Part shown: one piece after another, positions 1 to 11,299 of the stretch
How positions within the stretch are numbered: the stretch's first letter is position 1
Layout of the letters: every line of letters starts with the position of its first letter
Assembly: GCA_001643675.2 (NCBI GenBank)
Contig: LSRY02000024.1
Location: forward strand, 124,001-188,000
From: Monocercomonoides exilis PA203
Taxonomy: Eukaryota > Protista > Preaxostyla
Length of the DNA: 64,000 nucleotides
Direction: 5' to 3'
Program-made: the position numbers and the translations under genes
Notes under the pieces: model-generated
Database searches by the model: none
Told to the model about the DNA's origin: nothing
What the model saw: only the letters and a program-made list of their open reading frames with translations

Positions 1-632
1 ACGACAAAAGCTTGGAAGAAGTGATTGTGAATGATCTGCATTTCGCAAGAGAGGCAGCCAAAGAATTGGAAGATCTGTCAAAGTGTGTGGATTTAAAGAG
101 GAAAGAAGAAAGAGCAAAAGAAGCGAAAGAAGTGATTGTGATCTGGAGATGGATGCTAATAATTTATGAGTTCTTTTTCTCATGCACATTGAGAAATGAA
201 GAACTTGCAAAGCTAACAGCCAGCCTTGTTCGTTTATTTCGAGCAGCAAAGGATAAATACCCAGATATAAGCCGATTGTGCATTTTTTCTTTGAAAGATG
301 CATCAGACAAGAAAAATATGGAAATTGATGTTTTGCAGAAGAAAGGTGTCATAGTTCTGTTTTCAGATGAAATGAAGCAATCAACTTTGGATGATGATAT
401 TTTGTGGAATTGCTTGCATTTCTTTTTGAATATTTCAGAAAGATTGAAAGAAAAGAAGGATGATGAAACGGAAGAGGAGGAAAGAAAAGAAATGAAAAGA
501 AAGATATTTGAAAGGATGGAGGAAGAAGGATATGAAGATATTGTTGAAAGCCTTAATGGAGTGATTTCTTATATAAAAGAAAAATTCACTGAATTATCAA
601 AATATATAAAAGATTATTTTGTGAATTCTTAA
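1..632 (+). CDS. 3' part of a gene from an uncharacterised multicopy helical-protein family (runs off the window start)
   Basis: Open frame to TAA at 632. SLEEVIVNDLHFAREAAKELEDLSKCVD closely matches SLEDVIADDLHFAREATRELEELAERVD in the paralog at 63.0-64.0 kb. Confidence 0.7.
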   Translation, partial: DKSLEEVIVNDLHFAREAAKELEDLSKCVDLKRKEERAKEAKEVIVIWRWMLIIYEFFFSCTLRNEELAKLTASLVRLFRAAKDKYPDISRLCIFSLKDASDKKNMEIDVLQKKGVIVLFSDEMKQSTLDDDILWNCLHFFLNISERLKEKKDDETEEEERKEMKRKIFERMEEEGYEDIVESLNGVISYIKEKFTELSKYIKDYFVNS

Positions 633-756
633 CCATATTCTTTTCAATAAAAACAGAAACTCCAAAATGATATTTATTATTTCTTTTTAATTTATTTACA
701 GTTTGGGGAAAAATTATTTCGATAAATTTGAATATATTTTTTATTTCCTTTATCTA

Positions 757-815
757 AAAAATAAAATAAAATAAAATAAAATTAAATAAAATAAAATAAA
801 ATAAAATAAAATAAA
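757..815. repeat. (TAAAA)n microsatellite
   Basis: About 11 near-perfect TAAAA units read directly. Confidence 0.85.
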
Positions 816-1988
816 TAGAATATATTTTCAATTAGTTCCATGCAGAACCTTCGTTGAATGGATCATTGCACTCCATCTTCTTTTTCAAGATTCATTTTTA
901 TTTCAATGTGCTCAATTGTTCAGTTTTTGCCTCTTGAAGCCTCCGAACTTTTGAGCTTGTTCTCTTTCTGATTATATTTTCAATGAACAAGAGAAGGCGA
1001 AGGAGTAGAATGAAATGGTAATTCTTGAGAAGAATCCAAAAGATATGAAGAAATGAATGTTTGCTGAAGAAGCCAGTTGAAAATATTGATATAACAAAAT
1101 TATGCAGAAATCAAAATGATGGAGGAGAAAAAGCATGAAAAACTTTTTCACAAAAATCTTATCTGAAAAAGTCAACCAAAATGGAATTCTTTCCCCTTTT
1201 ATTCTCCTGATTGTCCATTCTTCCAATCAGTCGCAAAAGCTCTCACAATCTTTTCACTTGTTTTTTTTTCCAGAAAAGAATATCTTCTGATGATTCTCTT
1301 CCTTCCCTCAGTTGTCATTTGCAATTCTTCCTTCTTCATTTGAGAATTTCTTCATTCCACTTTCAAAACACAACATTCAAATGTTTTTCAAAAAAAAAAA
1401 AAAAAAATTTTTTTTTTTTGTTTCCTCCTTTTTTTGTTGTTGCTTCACTTTATTTTGAATGAGTGGATAAATAAAATATGTATTTTTTCACAAAACCTTC
1501 AAATGCCTGCGTTTGTGGTCATTCTGTGTAATGAAAAAATGGAAAAGATGCTATTTTGAAATTTCACAATGGAGTGAATCTCATTTCATCGAACAAGAAC
1601 AAAATAAACAGCAAATTTTTTGAAAAAATGCAAATGCCTAACAAGTTTGCCAACTAATTGTTATCCAAAATGCTTGAGTGGAGTAACACCATTTCCAGCT
1701 TGCACGTTCTATTTTATAAAACCATTTTATCAATTTTGTTGAATAATCCTTCAAAGAATACAGAATCGATTTCTTCTTCTTTTTGTTTTTGACATAAGGT
1801 TATTTTTCGATTGACACTTTTCACAATGTTGGCACATAATTTTTATGAAATGAAAAAAAGTGAAAAACACATCAAAAAAATTCAAAACTCGAATCAATTA
1901 CTTTTCTGACTTTTCTTTTTTACATTTTCACATTCAAAGGAGCAAATTTATCACTTGTTTCATCGTTATCATTCTTTATTTTTCTGAA

Positions 1989-3290
1989 TTAACTTTTCAC
2001 TTTTTTCTCCAACGGTAATTCTTTTTCTACAATGTCCTTTTCATTTTCAACATTTTCTTCAATTCTCATCTTGTACTTTTCTAAATGTTCATCCCATTCA
2101 TCAAGAAGCTTTTCTTTTGTTATTTCTTTTCCGAAGAAGTCGAAACAATGGAAATGAGAAGGAATGAAGCATTGAGAAGACTGAGGAAGCTTCATAAGCA
2201 CTGATCCAGATCCATTGCTGAGGACTCCACTGTTAATGAAGGCTTTTTTGATGACTGATGGGGTGAATGCTGTGTGAAGGGCTTGTGGCAACACATCTGC
2301 AACAGCTGTTCTTTTTGAAGATGAGGAGGTGGATGATGGAGAACTGTAATTGTTTGATAGCTCTGACTTCAATACTGCAAATACGCCTCTGTCCAGCGGC
2401 TGCGATATGTGCGTGGTGTGTGGAACGAAGGTGACGACGTCAATTTCGGCTTCCTTGAACTGTCTCCATATCGCTGGATCTGCCCGCGATGAATGTGAAT
2501 CCAGGAGAAGAAGGCAACGATGAGTTTCTTTGAGAATTCGCTTTCTTCTGTCAATGATAGCTGGCAGCAGGACTGTTAAGGTGTATTTTTTGAATGCTGT
2601 TTTGTCCATCCAGCCGTTTGTGTTTGGCCAAATGTCAAGCGACGGAGTCAACAGTGTTGTCAGTTCTTTCGGAAAATTTGCGCTCGGCCACAGCACGACA
2701 GACGGAAGCGAGAAGCCATCAGCAGCTTCTTCAGCAACGTAAGTGGCATTCGGCATCCTTTCGGCAGTCTTTTTGAATCCAGCTTGCTCTTCTGCAGAAT
2801 GAACAACAACGCCATGTGAAGAAGTGGGAATTCGAAGCGAAGATCCATCGACGTTGAAGATTAATTCCTCTGGATATTTGTTTTCATCGTGTAATGCTTG
2901 TAATTCGGTGTGTCACGCCTTAAGGGCTTTCTGCCAAGATGCTGCAAGTCTGTTGATATCAACTTGCTTTGGAAGCGATGACTTCAGTTCCGAATGGTGC
3001 TTTATGAATGCGTGAACAATCTTCAGAGTTCCTGTTTGTTTCTTCTTTTCTTCATTTTCTCCTTCTTCTTCACTATCGTTAATTATATTTTCCATCAAAA
3101 CACAAATAAATATTCAATTTTAATATCAACCACAAACCAGATTATTCGCTTTTCGTAATGTGAGGCTTGTCCCAGATCGTAATTCAATTGTAACTTCTTC
3201 TAAGAATTGCTTTTCTTTTTCGCAACTTATAATTGGAGTGAACACAACTTTTGCAATCAGCCAACCGTTTTTCATTGCATTTCCAGAATG
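1989..3290 (-). pseudogene. pogo/Fot1-like DDE_1 (DD35D) transposase relic
   Basis: ORFs 3098-2913 and 2756-1989 share one frame separated by a single TGA (2915-2913). Motifs: FNVDGSS (normally NxDET), NGWMD, LLLLDSHSSR and PHTTHISQPLD, with 35 residues between the last two Asp. A probable upstream exon lies at ~3290-3139 with a GT donor. Confidence 0.85.
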
Positions 3291-3530
3291 TTCCAATGAC
3301 CACTTGATGCACTGATATAAGTGTTACAAAATACATCATTCAATATTACGATTTTTTTCATTTCAACAAAATAGAAATAAACAACTGTTCCTGTGAAACG
3401 TGATGAAGATTTTGTCTTCACGTATATCAGTGTTGATTTTTCACAACAGTGGTATTTTTTATTTTTATTTATTTTATTTATTTAACTATTTTTTATTTTT
3501 TATTTTTATTTTTATTTTTTTTTCGAAATA

Positions 3531-3885
3531 CAGATATCGCACAAAATACCGGACAAGATCGATATCTCAATAACCGCAAGAAGAAAAATTCTGATAATTT
3601 TCCTCAAAACATATCTTATCAATATTAACTCAGTTGATATACAAAACTTTCAAAACAGCTTCATTTGTACTCGGAAAATTTTTTTGAAATCAAGGAGAAA
3701 TAGGATTTTGAGTTTCTCCGAGATTTAAATAATAATTTTCTCTGAGCACAAATGAAGCTATTTTGAAAGTCTTGAATGACATGCAAGTTTGTATTGATGA
3801 GATATATATTGAGGAAAATTGTCAGAATTATTCCTCTTGCAGTTATTGTGAAATCGATATTGTCCGGTGTTTTGTGCGATATCTG
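3531..3885. mobile_element. Foldback MITE, an imperfect palindrome with TA target-site duplication (Tc1/pogo type)
   Basis: TA|CAGATATCGCACAAAATACCGGACAA ... TTGTCCGGTGTTTTGTGCGATATCTG|TA. Complementarity continues to the centre near 3708. Confidence 0.85.
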
Positions 3886-4000
3886 TAATAATTGATAAAA
3901 ATTTTTTTATAAAAAAATAATGATTATAATGATGATAATAATGATAATTACCAAATTAAAAAATAATAAAATTTAAATTAAAAAAATAAATGAACAAATG

Positions 4001-4140
4001 CAGATTGTGCACAAAATATAGGACTGAATAGATTTCTCTATGACTACAAAAGATATAATTCTGATATATTTCCTCAAAAAACATATCTTTACAATACTAA
4101 CAAATTTTGTCTGTCAAACTTTCATTTTTGAGTCATTTGA
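4001..4140 (+). repeat. Degenerate partial copy of the 3531-3885 MITE arm
   Basis: CAGATTGTGCACAAAATATAGGAC...AATTCTGATATATTTCCTCAAAAAACATATCTT aligns with the left arm starting at 3531. Confidence 0.65.
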
Positions 4141-5547
4141 ATATTTCTCAAATAAAACAGTCAAAACCGGATATAATCACATCAGTTTTTGCACAACTTT
4201 TTGTGACTATATCCGATTGTGATTATATCTGATGATGCTTTACACAGAAAAAAATGAAAAATTAATTTATAAAAAAAATTAATTTTGGGTCAAATTTTTA
4301 ATTTTTAAAAATTCTTCATATAAACGCATTTTTCACTTGCGAAATGGGCATAGGTCTAAATGCGCTACTTTTGCAAATTGCGTTTTTCAACCCTCAAATT
4401 ATAATGAATTGATAGATAATAATTATTAAAAAACTTTTTATGGACCGATTTTTAAAAAAAATTTTTTCTTGTTGAAAAAAATGATTTTTGAAAAATGACC
4501 CATAAAAACATGAATTTCATTGAAAAAAATTCAAATTTTAAAAAGAAAACGTGATTTTTTGACATCCAATGCGTTTTTATTATAATATAAATTTATTTTA
4601 TATGTAAGTTTTCATCACCGAAATATAGATTGTAAATAAAAAATTTAATTAAATATCTTTGATCTAACCCACAATAAATTTATTTATTATATGAAAAGTA
4701 AAATATGCTTTTTGAGCAGAAATCGAACTCAAAAGTTTGTGATTCGTTCACTTTTATATGTAAATATAAGTATATTATTATATGCGCACTAGTGTTAATT
4801 GAAAACAGCTCCTTTTTTCAAACAGATAATCATATTTTATTTCGCTTGAATGTTTTGAAGCTGCAAAATTTAAATTTCAAATTAGGTTGAAATAGCTCGA
4901 AAAATATTAGCAAAACTTCATGACGAATAAAAATTGATATATATATTTAATTCTTTGAAAAACTGACATATATTAACATTTTTATTACTATTAATTCAGA
5001 ATTCATCTTTTTAAATGCATTGAAACAAGAAATTATTTGGTTTTATAAATTTAAAAAGGTTTCCAAATCATTTTGAATTGAGAATAATTGAGAACTTGTT
5101 TGAAATAAGTCATTTTTTTATTCTTTTCATATTTTCGTTGATAATTACATGTTACAGATTTAAATAGAAAAGTTTTTATTTAAAACAATGAAAAGCGAGT
5201 TTAGGTGTTTTTTTTATTTTTAATTTTGATATTGTTTTTGAAATAATTCTAAAATGTTTTTTTCATATATATAAAAATCATTTCTTTCTCAAAATTGAAA
5301 ATAAAACAAAAATCGAAAATGAATGAAATATTTAAAAACATGCAGCTCTTTCAAAACTATTAAAAACATCAACAACATTGTATTTTGCAACAAAAAAATA
5401 AGTTTATTGCAGTTTTTGCAAAGTGAAGAAGTCTCAATAAATAATGTTAAATGTTTTCTGTTTCAATTCTAATTCTTTCTCCACTTATTGTTATTCCACC
5501 TTCTGGCAATTAATAGATTGTTGTGTCTTTCCTCAAAACAGAACTCT

Positions 5548-6403
5548 TCACAGCATCAACAAGAGATCCACCCATCTGCACATCTCTTCTTCCTCATTCG
5601 TTTTCCAATTGATTTTCTTTTCTCCACCTTCACCTCTTTCTCCATCAAACAAGCATGCCTCAAGCTGCACTTTTCTGCATCCTTTCATCTCCATCGCGCT
5701 TCCTTTCCCATTCATATTCACACATTTCGTAAACGAGCAATTAGCCACTCGTATCTCTTCTTCTGCTTCATTAATCACTGTCACACATCCATACGTCAAC
5801 AGCGAAATATTCTCAAAGCTCATTTCTTTCATCTCAAACTCTGCTTTCCCTCCAACAACAATAGCTGCATCTCCTTCGCACATCACATTCCATATGTTTG
5901 TTTCTCTCATCAACACTTTCGACTCTTCACACAATACAATCAATGGCGCTCTCAGATGCAAACAGCTGAATTCCATTTCCCGCATTTTCAATTCTCCGCT
6001 TTCCACACTCACAATCGTGTTGTCCAACTTCAGCTCAACAGCAGATGAAATAAACTCACAACTTCGCATCTCCATTGAGCCATTTTTCACTTTCAAAAGA
6101 ACTTGTGACTTGCCTCAAACATCTCTCCAAACTCAAATTAGTATCTTTCCACTGCACTCTCATTCACAAACTTCATGATGCTGTCCTCCTCAGACGTTTT
6201 TTCTATTTTCCCCTCAAAATGCACTGTCGCCTTCACCATCCGCATCGACACCATCCTCACATCCCCAATCATACATTCCCTTCCCATTATTCCTTATCCA
6301 TCAATCCACAGCACATTCATCATTGTAGGTTGAATGTATTGCACAGCATTTCCAATGTTCTCACACGGACTGGTCTGTGCTACACACTGCCTGTTGCCAC
6401 CAC

Positions 6404-6480
<77 letters not shown>

Positions 6481-8130
6481 GTGCTGAATTAAAGAATGTG
6501 ATCAGAGGGATCAGATCAACATTAACTTTCCCTTCTCCATTGCTCCCACATATCGAGTTCTCCCCTTCAGCGCCTCCTGGCTGAAGTCCAATCCAAACAG
6601 TCTTTCATTCAACTGTAACTCAATCGAGTCACATCAGATGAACACATCCTTCACCACAAACACATAATTCATCATGAATCGGATGTACTCCAATCTCAGC
6701 CCAAGTGGTGGCATTTCCGTGTTAATGTGCTCCACATTCGGATCAAGTGCATCAATCATCATCCCTCCTCCCTTTCCATTGGCTGTTGAGCACACACTGA
6801 TCCCAAACGAACACCCACTCACTTTCACCTCCGAATCTCCTCTCTTCATCAGAATCTTCATCCCTATGCGTTTTGTGCTTCTCACGCTCACACACTTCGT
6901 CAACACACACACTTCCATCACAAATCCATCAACAATCAGTTCTCCCCCCTCAATGTTTATCACATTATATGATCTTTCCACTGATCAATGCCCCACTTTT
7001 AAATGAAACTGAACAGTTCATCACACTGAGTGTTGATGTTGAATGGATGAATGCACTTCTCCTTGAATTCAAGTGACCTTTCACAACAAATGAAAGTCTC
7101 CTCATTATCAGCGAACTCGAACATCCAACAAGTCATTCTTGTGTGAATGATTTTTCATCATTCACTTCCACATTGCCTCCAATCGCATCCACAAACACAC
7201 AATCAAATCCATTGTTCACTTTTGCTTCTGAATGGAATGCACATCCACTTATCACCAAATCTCCACCTTTGTTGGAAATAATTGTTTTTGCTGAATTGTC
7301 AAATCCAGATGTCAGTTGCAATTGGGTATTCCTCAATTCAAGGTGAATATCATTTTCCATGAAATATTCCAGTTGGCCTCCAACTGCCTTTTCAAAATTC
7401 AATATTGCTTTTGTATCTTCCTCTCCCATCTTCACACCCTTTTTGATCTGATAATTGGACACATTGAAAGAATCTCGAATTGTTGTTGATCCTTCAATTT
7501 GAATTGTTTTCATTCCAGTCCCAATTTCCATGTTTTCCATCCCTTTCCACATTGTTTTGCATGGCTCTTCCTCACTTCCACATCTTGCAACATCAAATCC
7601 ACTCGATGAGATAAATATTTCAATTGAGCTAAATGTAATCAGAAACATGAACAAATCCTTGTCCGTATGAAAGTTATCACTCCCCACAAACAAATTGCAA
7701 TCATTTGTCATTGAGGAATAATCAAACTTGAATGAGTCATTTGTCACAGAAGAATTAAAATCCTTACCCAAAATAAACATATTCTTTCCAATGGCTGCTT
7801 TGTTGTTTGCAAACGAGACGTTTTCTAAAAGAAATGGCTTCTCATTCAAACAATTTTCACAATCCAAATACAGAAATCCTCCTTTTCCATTGCTCGATGA
7901 AAGTGAACACGATGATGCATTTGATGATTTTATCACTAAATCTTTATTCCCTTGCAATGTCACTCTTACAACTCCTCCCTCAAAACTTCCTGTGTTCACA
8001 ACGTTTGAAAAGTTGCTGTTTTCAAAAAAAGCAGAAGCTAATACCAATGGAGATTTGATGAATGATAGCCCTGCAAAACTTCATCTTTTGATTGTGAAAC
8101 TTCAACTGGTTGTTGTTATTCATGAAATTT
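5548..8130 (-). pseudogene. Fragmented, internally deleted pseudogene of the giant surface protein/pseudokinase family
   Basis: ORF pieces 8047-7133, 6981-6634, 6476-6294 and 6096-5548 align with parts of the 13.2-22.2 kb and 51.4-59.3 kb proteins (e.g. RCGSEEEPCKTMWKGM, YNVINIEGGELIVDG). They are separated by frameshifts and stops. Confidence 0.85.
6408..6478. repeat. (CA)~35 microsatellite inside the pseudogene
   Basis: Perfect CA run. Confidence 0.95.
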
Positions 8131-9071
8131 GAACAATATTCTTTGTTAATTTAGCATTAAATGTGTATTATATACATTGAAGATGTTCACTTGATAAGAT
8201 CAAGGATTTAATGATTAGAACATATTGATTTGGGATGTGATGTTGATGCAATTAATGTAAATATCGTTTCTCACTTTTGCTGTGTTTGCATTGAACTTCA
8301 TTTCAACAAATCCAGATTCGAATCTCCTCTTTTTTGCTGACAAATACACTTCTCCTCCATTTCTTGTGAAGTAGTTGTTGCTTCAATAAATATCTTCTTG
8401 CATTTAACATTCTACATTGATTCAGTAAAAAATAATTAAAAAAATAATGAAAATCGTTAAAATATTCTGTAAATACGTTAATTTATATGAAATTCATACT
8501 TTCATAAGTATCAACAAAGCTTTTTTATTCATTGGCACCAAAGCTTAATAATAAAATCCTTGTACTGCATGCAAATAATCTTCCTTAAAATCATAAACAA
8601 AATTCATAAAAATTAAAACCATATATTGATAACAATTCATCGCACACTTTTATAATATTTCTAAACATTTGATTTGTCTTATGTGCGCAAGCGGAGGTTC
8701 AATTCACGACGAAAGAAACTAATTTCTTATTTTTTGGATATTAAAAATTTAATTGTGGGATGGATCAAAATATTTAAATTTTTTAATTTATTTTTTTTTA
8801 AGTTTTATTTCTCAATATTTTATTATTAAAATAGGACAATATAATAATAAATAACATTTCATCTACTTTTTATTTCATAATTATCTTATTTTATTTATTT
8901 TTTGAAAAATTACTCATATTTATGGGTCATTTTTAATAATAGTTTTTTTGCGAGAAACATAAAGTTTTGCGAAAAATCGGTACATACAAAAGTTTTTAAA
9001 TAATTTTTACTTTTTTAACATCAAAAAATTAATGTTTAAAAACAAGAATTGCAAAAGGGACGCAGTTACAC

Positions 9072-10682
9072 CTATGCCTTCAGATTGTAAACTGCTGTTG
9101 TGTTGTCTGATCGAACAAGCAGATTTCTTATTCCTTGATTTCGAATGGAATTTGAGAAATGCGCGATGGCTTGATTTATTGCAAATAACTCTCTGTAGTT
9201 TGAACTTTGGTTTCTAACTGGATATGGAAGAGGTTTGTGAAAGTCCAGCATTTGGTTGTTGACTTTTAGTGTTGCGCCTATGGCAAACCCTGATGCATCT
9301 GTCGTAAGAATTGCTTCTGGTCGAAACACTGGATTCAATTTCCTTGGTTGGTTCACTTTCAGCCTTTCGCTCCACTTCCTGAGGCAAATTGTTATCGATG
9401 CATTCACGTGCATTTTTCCTTGCCATCCAATCAGACTCAAAGCTTTGTTTAGGAGTTTGTACAGTTGTGACAAATTCAGGGAGGCTTCTTGATACACGAA
9501 TCTGGTTGCATTCAGTTTCCCTATCAACGAGGCAAACTTCTTTATCGAAACAATTCTGTTGTTCTGGGAAATCCTCCTCCATTTCTTGCACTCTTTCATC
9601 AGCTCAGTTTTCTTCGATTCCTCTATCTGTACCACAAACTGATTGGTATCCCATTGGAAGCCCAAAAATTTGAACTGCTGACTTGGAACTAAATGGCATT
9701 TTTCTGAATTGACCAATGGTCCCAATTTGTTGAACATCGAAAGAGTTTTCTTCACAATAATATTGAGTTCCTGTGGGTCTTGATGAAGAAGAACGATATC
9801 ATCAAGGAATGCAATGGCTCTCACGTTCCATTCCTCCCTCATGAACTTCAGAACTTTCCTCATCACTTTTGTGCACGTTCGATGCACATCTTTGTGTCCG
9901 AAAGGCATTCCGTGGAAAGCGTAGTATTTTCCTTTGAAAACGAACGAAAGGAATGGCATTAATTCTTCGCTGACTTTTATAAGATAATAAGCTTGGCTCA
10001 AGTCCAATGTGACTGCGTAATCCTTTTCTTGAATAATTTTCTCCACAGTTCTGTGGTCTTCTTGCTTGTAATTAATCGTCTTGATTGCATTGTTGAGTCT
10101 TCGGCAATCCACGATTTACCTCCAGCCACCATCTTTCTTTCTGATTACAAACACTGGATTCAAATGCTTCACATCCTTCTCCTGAATCGGCTTGATGATA
10201 TTTGTTTCGAGTTGCTTCTTGATCATCTCTGAAAAGGCTTGTTGGGCTTCTTGACTCTGGTGCTCCAAAGGGTTGAATACTCCTGTTTTCTTGAGTGATT
10301 CCTTCGCAGCTTTGCTCCTCCAAACAGTGATTTCTCCTTTCCCAATAATTCGTGCTCCTCCAATTTTTTCCCATTCTTCTCGAAATAAACAAGTTCTTCC
10401 TCCAACCATTGCCTCTTGTCGGACTTCTGTGGGCTGCAGAATGCTGTTCGTTTCTTCTATTGGAATTTTCGCTCCCCTGATTGTCTTCTTGAAGCGAAAC
10501 CTGAAGTTTTTGATCGCAGTCGGATTTGGTTTTGTTGTCTTGACAACCGGGGAGCTGCTTGAAAAAATCTGTGGCTTACTGATCTTCTTGTTGGAATAGT
10601 TCTGGATCTTATCGAACTTCTTCTCATTGGCCAACTCGTTGTTTGCAGCTTGAATTGTTGACTCTTTTCTGTTTTTCTCCAT
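9072..10682 (-). pseudogene. DIRS-type pol (reverse transcriptase + RNase H) with an in-frame stop
   Basis: VGGR...W, PVFVIRKKDGGWR*IVDCRRLN (TAA at 10115-10113), LDLSQAYY, MPFG, AFLDD, FLGFQWD, then TTDAS, SSNYRELFAI and RSDNTTAVYNL. Confidence 0.88.
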
Positions 10683-11299
10683 TCTTCCAGAACTTCTGAT
10701 TGCCTTTGAGTAAAAAGACTTGTAGCTGAGCTCTCCTTCATCTGTGCAGCTGCCCTAAAGCCTAATCTTCCTAAAATTCTTACAAATCTTGCTTTTTTCA
10801 GCGCTTTTGAAACTAACAAAATTGCATCTGCAATTGATCCTTTTTCGTCATCTTTTCCTTTTAATTTCGCATGTGTGTAAAGCAGATTTTTAATGGCCGG
10901 ATATAGAAAAGCTAGAGTTCGCTGGCCTGCCTTATCCAATGCGTCGTTCATCCAATTATCTGTTCTCGAAGCTGCAGGAGGGGCCTTTGGCAGTAATGGA
11001 CTTAAATCATCTTCCTTCAGGTCAATAAAAAGATCTTCCAAATATCTTTCTGGAAAATCCATATCATATAAGCTGCAATCCGGATCTCTGAGAAATATTG
11101 TTTTTAAACTATTTTCCAGAAGCAAACTATCCTCGCCATGGCTTTCTTTGGCTTCTGGAGCTCCCGGGATCTGTTGGAAAAATTCAGAACAAGAATAAGA
11201 AATCATACTCGAAAACGTCTCTCCCGGAGGTCCATCTGACATCATTGATGTGGCAGAATTCAACGCGGGTCCAGTGCTGAGTGGAGAGCTAGGGAGCAT
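9079..11299 (-). mobile_element. DIRS-like (tyrosine-recombinase class) retrotransposon, 3'-truncated
   Basis: Gag-like ORF1 overlaps a pol frame with RT and DIRS-type RNase H motifs. No tyrosine recombinase remains. Confidence 0.85.
10457..11299 (-). CDS. Putative gag-like ORF1 of the DIRS-like element
   Basis: 280-aa ATG ORF upstream of the pol frame and overlapping it by 226 bp, as in DIRS elements. No diagnostic motif recognised. Confidence 0.6.
   Translation of the reverse strand: MLPSSPLSTGPALNSATSMMSDGPPGETFSSMISYSCSEFFQQIPGAPEAKESHGEDSLLLENSLKTIFLRDPDCSLYDMDFPERYLEDLFIDLKEDDLSPLLPKAPPAASRTDNWMNDALDKAGQRTLAFLYPAIKNLLYTHAKLKGKDDEKGSIADAILLVSKALKKARFVRILGRLGFRAAAQMKESSATSLFTQRQSEVLEEWRKTEKSQQFKLQTTSWPMRRSSIRSRTIPTRRSVSHRFFQAAPRLSRQQNQIRLRSKTSGFASRRQSGERKFQ

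Larger units (their letters stand above)
4347..9078. mobile_element. Candidate old long-TIR element carrying host gene fragments (inverted repeats ~4347-4680 and ~8745-9078)
   Basis: GGCATAGGTCTAAATGCG at 4347 matches the reverse complement GGCATAGGTGTAACTGCG from 9078. Collinear matches at offset 150 (AAAAATGACCCATAAA in both) and ~313 (GATCTAACCCACAAT/GATCCATCCCACAAT). No TSD seen. Confidence 0.55.

Noticed and set aside
1390-1419. Poly-A/poly-T hairpin
   Set aside because: Adjacent homopolymers are expected in very AT-rich DNA.
10113-10115. TAA/TAG read as Gln (alternative code used by some oxymonads)
   Set aside because: The 2600-3000 aa ORFs contain no in-frame TAR and intact genes end in TAA, so isolated stops are best read as mutations.
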